A stretch of DNA of 64,000 nt from Leptogorgia sarmentosa (GCA_964658305.1 OZ210885.1:21328001-21392000), one strand, 5' to 3'; shown: positions 51,849-64,000, counted from the stretch's first letter. A program made the numbers and translations. Notes: a model not told the origin generated them from the sequence alone.

Positions 51849-52638
51849 CAGGGTGTATCAAAAAAAAGTTTACTCACGAAAAATGTCTTTTAGGCCGAAG
51901 CGCACGCACCCCATTGCAAACCATTGGTATATCTAAGTAGTTTGAGCCCTTCGGATACATCCTACACTAAAAGTTTGCAGAAAACGACCATTTTACAACT
52001 ACGAAAAGTGTTATAAAAAGCCGTAGTAAAAATGGCTTGCGCGAAAAAATGTGAGGCGAAAAATGCAATTTGATTTGACAGCCTAAATCTATCGAACAAG
52101 TTTCATAAGTTATTCAAGTTTCATAAGTTATTCAAGTTTTGAGAAATTTGGTGCACGCTGAGACGAACGCGCGATGCCCGAAAACTGGATTTTGCGTTCT
52201 TTCCTGCGTGATTACCGATTAATTTATGCATAATTGGATATTTGCATTAATTACCAATGCAAATTGAAAGCTAATTCCCAAAGGTACGTAATTACGTGAA
52301 GAAATTGCGGAAAATCCAGTTTTCGGACATCGCACGTTCGTCTCAGCGTGCACCAAATTTCTCAAAACTTGAATAACTTATGAAACTTGTTCGATAGATT
52401 TAGGCTGTCAAATCAAATTGCATTTTTCGCCTCACATTTTTTCGCGCAAGCCATTTTTACTACGGCTTTTTATAACACTTTTCGTAGTCGTAAAAATGGT
52501 CGTTTTCTGCAAACTTTTAGTGTAGGATGTATCCGAAGGGCTCAAACTACTTAGATATACCAATGGTTTGCAATGGGGTGCGTGCGCTTCGGCCTAAAAG
52601 ACATTTTTCGCGAGTAAACTTTTTTTTGATACTCCCTG
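51849..52638. mobile_element. Near-palindromic Tc1/mariner-type MITE
   Basis: About 330-bp arms starting CAGGG(T/A)GTATCAAAAAAAAG; TA TSD; 18-bp tandem duplication in the left arm only. Confidence 0.92.
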
Positions 52639-53789
52639 TATAACTCGAGGCATCTTAGTTACATTACTTCCCTAGCTAAATTTCTTATCTATACGAATAC
52701 CTGCAAACAATGATGAACAATAGTATAACGTTACAACTGGATAATTTTTGCTTAAAAATTGAAAGGACATCTGTACACTACGGAGTTTTCGCACATCAAG
52801 AGAAATTGGGATGCTCCCCCCGGAGTTTACACTATGACTGAATGACTTGATGACTGATGTGAATTTTCCCCACTCATCACAATACTGCAAAGTTTCTTTG
52901 AAACTTTGCACTAAAAACTAGTTTTCATCCATCATTTAAGGAAGATAAGGATTTATGTCCAGTAGAATGTTTAAAGCTTTACGAAATTAGAACTAAAGAA
53001 TTTCGATCAGTTGATAAGATTGAGCATAACAAACTGTTTTTGTCCCACATTCTTCCTCAAAATCCTGTCTTGTCAAACTTTAGCCAGATGGATAAAGTCA
53101 TTGTTGCAATTAGCAGGCATAGATACAGCTATTTTGATGGCACACTCGTTAAGAGGAGCTGCTACGACAAAGCATTAAATCACAGATATTTTAGGAATGG
53201 CAGAAAATACATCATTTTCTACAACACAGTTGACTTCAAACTAGAACAAATTTGATGCTATTTGATATCGGGTACTGATAACAAGACTTTTAATTCTCCT
53301 CTTTTTAATTCACTAACCCTGGGCTAGTGGGAGACTATAAAGACCTTAGCAAATACTTACCTTTTGTTTACATCGTCTATATGAGGTACCATATATGTAG
53401 CCTCAACGCTGTACCTTCTCGTGGTCTACCCTGTTGTAAGTAGCGAATCCACAGGCAACTCAACTTCTGCAGCGTAATAGCATTCACACCAATCAACAAT
53501 TCCAGCAAAAATTAACCGCATATGTACACATGTAATATTTTCTTTATCTACTTGTTCTATTGTAAAACTACCATACACATCAAAAAAATATTATAGCACC
53601 TGAATTAAAACTATACCGGTCAATTTCACAAACAATCCAAACATATTAACAGTCTACCATGTTCCTGACTGCAGAGGATCATCCAAAAGGTGTTCCTACA
53701 TATTTTGCAAAATAAATACGTCACACTTGTCATGACATAATACCCAACGTTCAAACATGAAATACTAACTGGGTGGGGGGGAGTATTCC

Positions 53790-54118
53790 CTAGGATTATC
53801 CCTGTGGTAACTTTTCTGACCCCGAGCGATCTTAATGCTAGAAAGTGGACAGTTTAGGTCCAGCTCCACTTCACCGAGTAAGTAAAAAAACGATAAGAGT
53901 AGTGGTATTTCAACGACGGAATGCTCTTCCCACTTATTCTACACCTCTCATGTTTTTCACAGAGTCAGACTAGAGTCAAGCTCAACAGGATCTTTTTTCC
54001 CCGCTGTTGCTGCCAAGCCAATCCGCTTGGGTGTGGTTTCCCTAGATAGTAGATAGGGACAGTGGGAATCTTGTTAATCCATTAATGTGTGTCACTAATT
54101 AGATAAGGCATTTGGCTA
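53790..54118 (-). pseudogene. Degraded 28S rRNA fragment downstream of the R2 site
   Basis: Reverse complement contains TAGCCAAATGCC, GTTGAGCTTGACTCTAGT and GAAAAGTTACCACAGGGATAA. Confidence 0.93.
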
Positions 54119-56316
54119 TTTATTTACCTTTGTTCACACGACTCAAACAAGAAAAAGGCGACGCTGAGGGAAGCAGACTTCCCTTCAACACCCGCACTGA
54201 TAGTAAGCCCACCTTTCAAGAGATGTGCCTCGAACTTGCCCAATTGTGAATTGCCCAAAGCGACGTCGTCGGCATAAGCCAGGTTGTTAACCCTGACGCC
54301 GCCGAACGAAAACCCCAGATGGTTGTCAAGTGATGAAAGAGCCCAGTCTATAACGGCATTGAACATAAAAGGTGAGAGTGGGTCACCTTGTTTGACCCCT
54401 CTGCGAGTAAAGATCGGTGCACTTCTTTCTCTGTTGTGCTCAATCATAGTGCTAGAGCGTAAATACAGGTCTCGAACATACGCAAGGACTGGCTCAGGGC
54501 AACCAAGACGTTGCATCGCCAATACGATCGTGTCATGGCTGACCGAGTCGAAAGCCTTACGCACATCCAAGAAAACCAAGCTTAGTGGCTTATGCTCACG
54601 CTTAGCCCCATCAATGATGGCCTGTAGAGATAGCACGTGCTGAGCAATCCCATCCCCATTCCTGAATCCCTTCTGGGTATACTTAAGGGGCAGGAGCGCA
54701 TCAAACCTTCGAGCCATGATCTTATGGAAGACTTGTAAGATATGAGAGGCAATGGTAATAGGACGATACTTAAGCGTGTCACTTGACTGGGAGCCCTTCG
54801 GGATGTAAATCGTTCCACCGATGCACAAGGCACTCGGCTGACTCCCACAAAGTAGCCACAAATTATAGTGGCTACAGAGCTCTTCCATCCCAACGACATC
54901 CCTCAACTTCACCCCATCGGGACCAGGTGCCGATGACTTAGCACCCTCAGTTAACACCTGTTTAAGCTCTTCTGGTGTAACTGGATTAACAATTTCCCAC
55001 TTCACCGGTCCAACGCATGTCGGCCGTCTATTGTCCTTGAGTGATGGCGTCTCAAAGATCGGTGCCAGGCCATTCGGAATTGCTCAAGTGAAGGCCCCGG
55101 GTCGGATTTAACGCTCTCCCTCGACCCATCTAAGACCTTACTGGCACAGGCTTTGCGACCATACAGGTGTTGGAGTTCACTGTACTGCGCGCGTCTAAGT
55201 CTTCGTGGATCTAATTCACGATTAGGAATCGGAGCACCCGTCGTGGGCGTATGACTCCTTTGAGGAGCCTGCTCACCACGAACAAGATGCCCGATCCACG
55301 ACGCAAAGAACTCATCAAGCCTATCACGAATGGTCACGGCGGGACAACCATCTTCCACCCAGTCCAGATTATCAATATCGATATGGTCGATGTTAATAGC
55401 CATTCGGAGCCTGTCCCTCCACGCACACTCCGTATTCACGGAAGGGGACTGCTCTCAGGCTGGGCTCTCCACGGCTAGTTCCCGTTAGTTAATTTCCTTA
55501 TAACGGGCATTCTTATTTCGCACGCACTTGATGGCTTCGAACGTACGATCGGGAAACTGGGAATGGAGTACACGGACAATCCCCTCAGGGGGATCCGTCC
55601 TGCGCATTTCCAACTCTGCTCTTCATGGGACCATCTGGCTTTCAACCGTGCTGCCGGTTGTCTAGCAGCGTGATACACATCTGGGTTGGCGTGCACGACC
55701 GTGAACATTTAGACCTCCTCTGCCATTAAAGGTGCCACCGCAATCGGGACATACAAATGATTCACCTGCACTCCTCTTACGCTGCCCTTCTGAAACCGAC
55801 TGCACATGTTTCCATTTGCAGTGGTTCGTTAGGGCTCCTTTATTACCAAAAACACGATCACAATCATTGCATGCGAACATTGTGGGACCTCAGAAAAAAA
55901 AGTCAGGATATAAATGGACCAGTAACCCTATAGAGACAGGGTATAACAGTAAATAGTTTCCAGACCTGGTCACAAATGCTAGAGAGCACACTGGCCTGTT
56001 GGCTTCACCGGTGCGAATAGTTCCAAAAAGAACTACAAAAACTTGCATAAACACACCGATTACTAATCTCTCCTGCCACGTAGAGGCCGACCAGTGAAGC
56101 AGAACAAGAACGGATGAAAAAGACAGAAGACGAGGTGGAGTTTCAGCGAGCTAGATGGTTATTTAAAGTCGACTTGTATTTCTAGCTTATTGCTTACCTG
56201 TTCTGTCGACTTAGCTCAGCTTTTTAACACTCTTTTCGTTGTTATATAGCTTTTTGAGCTTTCAAGTGTTTAACTAGTCTTTGAATATGCCTTTTCCTCT
56301 CTGCACTTAGGACTGC
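54119..56316 (-). mobile_element. R2 retrotransposon at the canonical 28S site; internally deleted and frameshifted
   Basis: Flanked by GTAACTATGACTCTCTTA and TAGCCAAATGCC. Two C2H2 fingers, Myb motif KARWSHEE, and RT motifs SAPGPDG, GVKQGDPLSP and LAYADD. RLE domain absent. Confidence 0.95.
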
Positions 56317-56372
56317 TAAGAGAGTCATAGTTACTCCCACCGTTTACCCGCGCTTGGATGAATTACTTCACT

Positions 56373-56406
<34 letters not shown>

Positions 56407-57840
56407 CATCAACACCAGTCACCAGCCATTGCAATGCTTTGTCTTAATTAAACAGTCGGATTCCCCTTGTCTGTTTCAGTTCTGAGTTGGTTGATAATCG
56501 CCTGTGAAATCGACCTGACAATCACAGCTGAGCCAATCCACTTCGACGCGCAGCAAGCCAGACACCTCTGTCAGCCCATGCCGAATCTTCACGCTTCAAG
56601 TCCCAGCCTGACAGACCCAACCCTTAGAGCACATCCTTTTCCCGAAGTTACGGATCTATTTTGCCGACTTCCCTTACCTACATTGTTCTATCAACTAGAG
56701 GCTGCTCACCTTGCATAACCTGAGGTTACGAGTGCGACCAGGCAAGAAATTGAACGACTTGCTCAGATTCTCAATGGCCTCGAAAGCGCACCGGCCCCCA
56801 CAAGAAGTGTGGGGCTTTACCGGACGTGAAATCCTATCTCTGGCTAATCCGATTTCAGCGTAAAGGTTGCCCGTTGAGTGAACCAACCGGTCTCAGGGTT
56901 CGGTTGCTTTGACGCTGGTGCCGCCACGGGTGGCAGTATCCCTGTTATGGTTTGGGAATATTAACCCGATTCCCTTTCGATAGGCGGACCATGAATGGGA
57001 CGCTTTGTAACGGAATTTCCCTATCTCTTAGGATCGAGTAACCCATGTCCAACTGCTGTTCGCATGGAACCTTTCTCCACTTCAGTGTTCAAAGTACTCA
57101 TTTGAATATTTGCTACTACCACCAAGATCTGCACCGGTGGCGGTTTCACCCTGGCTCGGGCCAAAGGCTGTGTCACGACCGCCGCGCCCTCCTACTCGTC
57201 GGAACGTTGTGCTTGTTCCGATGGCTGAGTATAGGTGTGACACTTGAGCGCCATCCGTTTTCGTGGGTTGGTTGATTCGGCAGGTGAGTTGTTAAACACT
57301 CCTTAGCGGATTCCGACTTCCTTGGCCACTGTCCTGCTGTCAATATCAGGTAACACCATTTGTGGGATCTGATGAGCGTCTACTTTGGCACCTTAACTTG
57401 GTGTTCATTCAGTTCATGAAGCATCGCCAGTTCTGCTTACTAAAAATGGCCCACTAAGAGCTTGCATTCGAGTGTCTGGCTTCAATCAAGCAAGTCAGAC
57501 TTCTTACCAATTTAAAGTTTGAGAATAGGTTAAGGTCATCAACGATCAAATCAATGATCGATTTGCATGTCAGCATCGCTAAGAGCTTCCACCAGTGTTT
57601 CCACTGCCTTCACCTTATTCAGGCATAGTTCACCATCTTTCGGGTCCCAACAGATACGCCCTTACTCAAACCTTTCTGAGAGCAGAATAGGTCGATCGAT
57701 GATGATGTGACGGATGCCCGCTTCTCACCTCAGCCGTCTAGGACGACCTTTACTTTCATTGTGCCCATGGGTTTCTTTTTTTTGCGCACATGTTGGACTC
57801 CCTGGTCCCTGTTTGAAGACAGGTCCGATGCACGAGCCAA
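56317..57840 (-). pseudogene. Degraded 28S rRNA, 5'-central part
   Basis: Conserved LSU blocks such as CCCAGTGCTCTGAATGTCAAAG, GTAACTTCGGGAAAAGGAT and CCCGAAAGATGGTGAACTATGCCTG, with many indels. Confidence 0.93.
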
Positions 57841-58078
57841 GAGATCCACTATTACAAGTTGTTATACAATTGTAACTTTTCGGACACAAAGTTGAAAGTG
57901 TTAAGAAAAAAAAACTAGAGAGGCTGGGCAATGGCAAAATGAGGCACTATTTCAGCATCAAGATCGACATACCCATCCACCCATTTAAGAATGGCAGGCG
58001 TCCACCTCCCTTTTGGTTGTAAGGTTCACAGAATAAAAAATATCTCGCGATGTTTCTCGTGGCGATTGATGGAACGAT

Positions 58079-58745
58079 GATGATCCTTCCGCAGGTTCCC
58101 CCCCACGGAAACCTTGTTACAAGTTTTACTTCCTCTAAACGATCAAGTTTGACATGACAGCCATCTGATGATTCGACAGTGCCAATATGACAGTGCCAAT
58201 CAGAGGCCTGACTAAACCATTCAATCAGTAGTAGCGACTGGCAGTGTGTACAAAGGGCAGGGATTTAATAAACACGAGCTCATGACTCACGCTTACTAGG
58301 AATTCCTCGTTCAAGATCAAGAATTGCAATAATCCCAGCAGGACAATGATTCACAAGCTTATCCACAGTTTTCGGTGAAGGAGTGACTCGTTGGCATCGT
58401 CAGTGTAGTGAAACTCAGGAAAACTCACCAGGTCCAGACATAGTGAGGATGGACGGCCATGCACCACCACCCATAGAATCAAGAAAGGGTGGTGGTGCAT
58501 GGCCGTCCATCCTCACTATGTCTGGACCTGGTGAGTTTTCCTGTGTGGAGTCAAATTAAGCCACAGGCTCCACTCCTGGTGGTGCCCTTCTGTCAATTTC
58601 TTTAAGTTTCAAGAAATGAAACATTCTTGGCAAATGCTTTCACATTAGTTTGTCTTTCGTAAATCCAAGAATTTCACCTTTGACAATGAAATACGAATGC
58701 ACCCAAATGTCCCTATTAATCATAACTTCGGTTCCACAAACCAAG
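58079..58745 (-). pseudogene. Degraded 3' half of 18S rRNA
   Basis: Reverse complement ends AACCTGCGGAAGGATCA and contains GAAACTTAAA..AATTGAC.GAAGGGCACCACCAGG and GGTGGTGCATGGCCG. Confidence 0.93.
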
Positions 58746-59099
58746 GGAAAATAGTAATCTATTTTAAGTTTACAATGCTTATTAATCTATTTTAAGTCAA
58801 CAATGCTTCACAATGCCTACTAGAAGAGTTACGGGAAGAGTATGAGTCCTTGCAATGAACGCATCCAGCTCTGTATGTACTGACCATTTGATCTCCCTAA
58901 ATCCTGATCCGGCCACCTATCCCACACATACTATTTATCCCAAAACTCACTAAAATCCGAAAATTCACCATCAATCCCAAAACTCATTATCAATTACAGA
59001 AACTCGCTCTCAAACCCTGAAACATATCAGCAGTCAAGACATTTGCCATTGGAATTAGCAACTGTTCGGCTTTCGTATGAAGGCTAGAGGTCAACCATC

Positions 59100-60100
59100 T
59101 GAGTGGATTTCCAGCCTACATGCTGGGCGACATCTTCTTTCGAGGCGCAGAGGAGACAAGAGGAGATAAGATGGGATTGGAGCAGAGCTTTTATTGTTAA
59201 AGACCATCCGGGGGTATAGGAGAGTCGCATGTCAGGGTGCCAAATTTCCCTTTAAAATGAGTGAGGAAACTGCACACATCAACACAGTCGATCACGAATG
59301 ACAAATGCTCAGGTGTGGTCTGACCGTCTGAGGGATAGTTTTCCAAAGCTAGGCGTGGTGGCGTACCAGAAACAAAATAGTTGGGGTCCTTAAATATGGT
59401 GTCCTGAGCGCTTGCGAGAACTTGTCTGTGGGATACATCTAAGATGGAGGGCCTAGGGTCAGACATGTCAGTGGGTTCCCCCAACCAGTTGCACCAATGG
59501 GTCGTCGGTGGTTGAAAACGTTTTTGAACCTCCCCAATGACATTGAGTTTTTGACGCTTGCCGTGGAGTTCCCAGAAGGGCAATTATCTGTTGTGACAAC
59601 CTGAAATTTCTACATTAGCCTATGTAGTGGGAGAAGGATGTTTTATATTAAACTATTGTTAGTATGTTACAAAGGTATAAGTGGGTTGTGTAACCCACTG
59701 AGATGGCGACCCTAGGCAACCCCGAACGGCATAAAGGTCAGGTGCCCGCACCTAAAGGTCGACAAGACGGTGTGTAAGAAGGATTGAAATACCCCTGTCT
59801 CCCAATTGTGGGTTAAACGTGTAAGGGCGGATTTGGCCGAGTATCGCTTCATATTCAGCAGCTGAGCCGTGGTTAGTTACTCGGGCATCATCTGTGAGTT
59901 TCTGTAGAGCCGCGACGATTGTCAAAGGGTCTCGAAAACGTGTAGTGGCTGAGGCAAGCTGTCGAACTAGTGGGCTTGTGAAGTCTTCAGCTCTTGTTTC
60001 AATTGATCGAGTTGAATGCCAAGCTATAGCGAAAACAGAGAAGGTCTTGCATCAATTAACCCTTAAAGCAAGGCGGGAAAATAGTCATATGGGTTAACCA
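59100..60100 (-). mobile_element. Possible fragment of a Ngaro/DIRS-like retroelement
   Basis: FKDPNYFVSG...FLTHFKGKFG...DSPIPP resembles the pre-RT region of invertebrate YR retroelements; recognition only. Confidence 0.4.
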
Positions 60101-60388
60101 AACGTATCGAGGTGCGAGAGTCATTAAGAGGAGGAGCAATAGAGTTTTAATTTAAGGAGCAATGGGGTGTTAATAGCATTCACAATTTTGAGAAATGGTA
60201 ATGCGTTGTCATGTCGACAATGACGTTTCAAATCATGATTTGGGCGACACAAGTGATTTGTAATTTAGTTGTTATCAGGATAATATATTTGTAATCAGGA
60301 TAATAATTCTTAATAATAAAAGGTTGGTCAAATTTTTGTTTCTTGGTCAAAGGAATTATATAAATATTATTTAAGATATATTTTATTT

Positions 60389-60989
60389 TATGGGGCGCCG
60401 AAGCAGACAAAACTGCTATGAGCATAAATATCTATTCTCTCCTGTAAACAGCATACAAATACATGCTTTTTGAAAATAAGGGCATTCCAAATTCCAAAAA
60501 TTCATTCCAAAACGTGAAAATTCATTCGAAGTATAACAGTTCTCATCAGTTCGGCAATTTGTAAGGTTTCTTATCAATACTCGCAAAAATACATGCTAAT
60601 TAGTACTTGATACATGATAATTAATATTCCATAAATTAACATAATTTACATAAATGCGAATTCTGTCGAATATGGTGAGAAATGACTTCAAATTTTTTGG
60701 ATATATTGAAATCAGTTCTTGCTCAAACACAGAGCCTTTTTGAAGAAGGGCCGTTATCGGATAGTCCAGCAGCTTCCTTAGATGCTCTTGAAAACTTGGC
60801 AATAAAAATGGATCAAATTTGTGAAACGTTGATCGCATTCCTGAACAGCTTTGTGAATCCTGCAGATGACCCTTTGTGGGAGCAGTTGTATCAACTCTTA
60901 TGATGTGTTTTTCACGAATTGAGAAAACACCTAGCCTACGTCATAGACCATATCTCGTTTCCTCGTAGGGTCTATGCAACTTTCTCAAA
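60389..60989 (+). mobile_element. Putative IS3EU-like left end plus the start of an ORF (about 60682), cut by AcademH
   Basis: TATGGGGCGCCGAAGCAGACA end, ATTCCAAA-type subterminal repeats, and a helical N-terminal ORF reading through one stop up to about 60990. Confidence 0.4.
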
Positions 60990-61104
60990 TAGCTTGCCCC
61001 CGCATAGCCCCCGCATAGCCCCCGCATGCGTCACATCCATCTACGCTTTTGCATACATTTAGAGTATAATCGAATATAATTATACACTAGCTCATATTCG
61101 CAAA

Positions 61105-63316
61105 ATGGTGGGTACAGGAAAGCCACAGTTACTGTCGTTAGCGAAGGTAGACGAGTCAAAATTCGAAGAGGCTCTAAGGTTTGCAGCCTTCAAGTGGAAA
61201 GCTTCTACGAAGACCAACAAGTGGCGCTGAAACAGTTCTTTCAGGGAAAGAACATCTTCTTTAGCGCTCACACAGGATATGGAAAATCCTTAGTTTTCCA
61301 AGCCATTCCAGTCATTGCTGATTTTCTTGATGATAACCTATTGGGAACAAGCGTAGTATTGGTCATCTTACCACTGATATCACTGATGAAAGACCAGGTA
61401 AAGAATTGCAACGAGCGTCTAGGAATTAGTGCGGTGGCAATATATAGCAAGCAAGATGAAGAGATACTACAAAATATCGAAGATGGTGTATACTCCTTGG
61501 TGTATACTTCTCCTGAAGCATTGTTAGCCAACAATAGATGGAGAGCCTTGACCACCTCAAGGAGCTTTAGGGAGAGCTGTGTTGCCATAGCTATTGACGA
61601 GGGACATTGTTTAGTGCACTGGTAAGTCTGTGTTATCAAATCAGTTCTATTAAAATTATGTATGAAATACAAGTATCATGAAATACAACTGTGTTCTGGT
61701 CAAAATAACTGTGCATGCAAAATTCAATGCAACATGTGTTCATTAATATTACTCCATTTTGGTGTTAAAAATGACAAGTAAAATTCATTGTGACCTAAAA
61801 CGTTTTGATGTACTTAACCAATACTTAAATACCAACAAGTAATTATAGCACAAAAATTAATTAGCCTTTATCAACCATGCTAATGTCAATGACCTCATTT
61901 TCTAATTTCAGGGGGAAATCCACTAGCCCAAATGAAGTGCCATTCCGCATATGGTACTCCAAATTAGTTGAGCTGAAATCCTTGCTTCCATGTGCAAAGT
62001 ATGCTATTTTTACTGCAACTGCAACCAGAATGACAAAGCTGACCTTATTTGACATGTTGAGTTTGACACCACAAGACACATTCTGTGTGGAGAAGTCACC
62101 TGCAAGGAGCAACATTTGTTATGTCTTCTCTTACATAGATAAGAACCTTGAACTTGAAACTGTTTTCAAAGATCTAATTATTGAACTTAAACAATACAAA
62201 CATAAAAGCAGACGAACAATAATTTTTTGTCAAACAAGGAAACAATGTTCTGTTCTTTACCGGATGTTTTGCCTGGCATTGGGAAACGATTTGTTGATAC
62301 CTGGAAGGAAAGACCCAAAGCTGCGGATAATTGACATGTTTCATGCTGGAAGCCCAAATTCAGTCAAGGAACATGTTATAAAGGAAATGGGTCTTGTGGG
62401 AAGTCATTTGTGGATCATTATCTGCACGATAGCTTTTGGCATGGGAATCAATTGCAAAGATACATATCGTAGCATTCATTTTGGCCCACCCAAGAATGTA
62501 GAATTTTTTGTACAGGAATCAGGCAGAATTGGTCGAGATGGTAAACAGTGTATTTCCTATGTTCTACATAATGGACTATTAAGTAGCCAATGTAACAGCC
62601 AAATGAAGCAGCTGATTCACACCGAATCATGTCGACGAGAGTACATTTCGAACATCTTCTCTGTGCCTGAGAATGGACCGATTGGTAAGAACTGCCTATG
62701 TTGTGACAATTGTGCTTTGCTTTGCCACTGTGAGAACATGCTGGAGAAAATAGATTTCGGGAAGAATGCTGCTCAAACACCCAGTAGAAATGTTGGCATA
62801 AAAACGCGACCAGTTTCTGATGCCCAACGACAGGAACTGCATCAAAAGCTATTGGCCTATCGACGAAGCTTACTTCCAAAAAATGTGATGGAATTCATGC
62901 CAGTTGGTCCACCCAATGTGTTATTCGAGTTTAGCCAGTTTCAAATTGAACAGGTTTTGAACAATTGTCATCACTTGTTTACCAGCACTAACATATTGGA
63001 ACATGTTGAGATTTGGCGACGAGTACATGCAGAAAATATTTGTCTTGTACTCCATGAAACATTTGGGGACATGGAAGAAGATATTGATGATCTGGTGTTA
63101 GAGGAAGAATTTCAAGAGTGTGAAATTATTAATGAAGATTGGGAAGTACTGAGGGATGACTCAGTTTTAAATTATATGGAGGACACTCTGATTAGTAACT
63201 TTAGTAACCTGGAAACATCAGTGGAAAATACTTTGGCAGAGTCTGCAACTAGTGAACATAACAGTGGTATTTTTGTTACATTAGCCAGTGCTGCAGGAAT
63301 ACAAACAGCTGAATGA
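61105..63316 (+). pseudogene. RecQ-family SF2 helicase of AcademH; exons about 61105-61621 and 61911-63316; apparent frameshift near 61190
   Basis: HTGYGKS, DEGH, TATAT, CTIAFGMGIN, QESGRIGRDG, and zinc motif CRR...CCDNC; the GT-AG intron joins HW-G. Confidence 0.88.
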
Positions 63317-63609
63317 ATGGTGATTATTGTAATTAACTTGGCATTTTTTGTGTGTATTTATATTATACAGTAATTATGATTATGTACAGTGCTGAAATAA
63401 AAACTACATTATAACCAGTACTTTTATCCTTTAATTAAGGTGACAACAACACCTTTGTCAAATACTACGTTTAGTGCAGGAGTAAGCAGGGAAGAGTAGC
63501 AAAACAATTATGTGAAGACTTATATTCAGATGGTACCTAAATATTAACTATAATGCACAAAAGGGATGAGCAAGTTACTGGAATGTTTGAAAAATTAACA
63601 CTGGACTAC

Positions 63610-64000
63610 TCAACGAGGGCACTTGTTCAAGTAAACATGCTTTTTGTGTTCATTTACCCATTTAAACATTTCAGATATGCTGAAATCTTCCAGTAAGCTG
63701 GCCTTCATATTTGTGAAGTGTTTATATGTCCTGCCATTGGTAAATTCAAAGGCCTTGCTTTCAACCAGATTCTGCACTACTTTAACAAGATCATTTCTTC
63801 TAGACTGCCGGACATGCTTGCCAGACCTTTTTGTGACATAACACATCTCATCATAGTTGTTGAGTAGTTGTTTGTTCATTGTCAAAACTTTGCAGTGACG
63901 ATCTAAGGCTTTCTGACTTATTGCATTTGCACCAAGTTTCTTCATCAATGTCTTTATTATCCTGTTGAAATGCTCCAGTGCAAGGTCAAGAGGGATGTTA
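63610..64000 (-). CDS. AcademH transposase C-terminus (partial)
   Basis: NIPLDLALEHFNRIIK...LGAN...SGKH...DL motif pattern. Confidence 0.75.
   Translation of the reverse strand, partial: NIPLDLALEHFNRIIKTLMKKLGANAISQKALDRHCKVLTMNKQLLNNYDEMCYVTKRSGKHVRQSRRNDLVKVVQNLVESKAFEFTNGRTYKHFTNMKASLLEDFSISEMFKWVNEHKKHVYLNKCPR

Larger units (their letters stand above)
60990..64000. mobile_element. AcademH transposon (helicase and convergent transposase); runs off the window end
   Basis: Candidate end TAGCTTGC at 60990; RecQ gene on the plus strand and Academ transposase C-terminus on the minus strand, tail to tail. Confidence 0.8.

Noticed and set aside
53790..58745. Functional rRNA genes
   Set aside because: Large deletions, substitutions in invariant blocks, no recognisable 5.8S, and an internal inversion.
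61105..63316. Host RecQ gene such as BLM or WRN
   Set aside because: It is compact and arranged tail to tail with an Academ transposase, the AcademH layout.

Overview
Eukaryotic, AT-rich window. The 18S/28S/U2 fragments and the transposon families suggest a cnidarian/anthozoan-like animal (inference). Almost all of it is nested, decaying mobile elements, and no host housekeeping gene is evident. In order: Bel/Pao 5' end; a structurally complete DIRS1-type element; a 3033-bp tandem duplication holding an intronless alpha-kinase behind a TATGG-type (IS3EU-like) transposon end; a hAT whose transposase is fused to a vertnin-like OTU protease domain, split by an AcademX; a Utopia-like retroelement joined to the 3' part of a U2 snRNA; Sola-like, DD37E Tc1 (TRT-like), Tx1, RTEX-like, second hAT and MULE remnants; several MITEs and a solo LTR; a non-autonomous and a probably autonomous AcademH (RecQ helicase); and a displaced, degraded rDNA unit with an R2 at its canonical 28S site. 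The best candidates for undescribed systems are the OTU-hAT fusion transposase and the alpha-kinase as transposon cargo. Family names come from motif recognition by eye, not from database searches.
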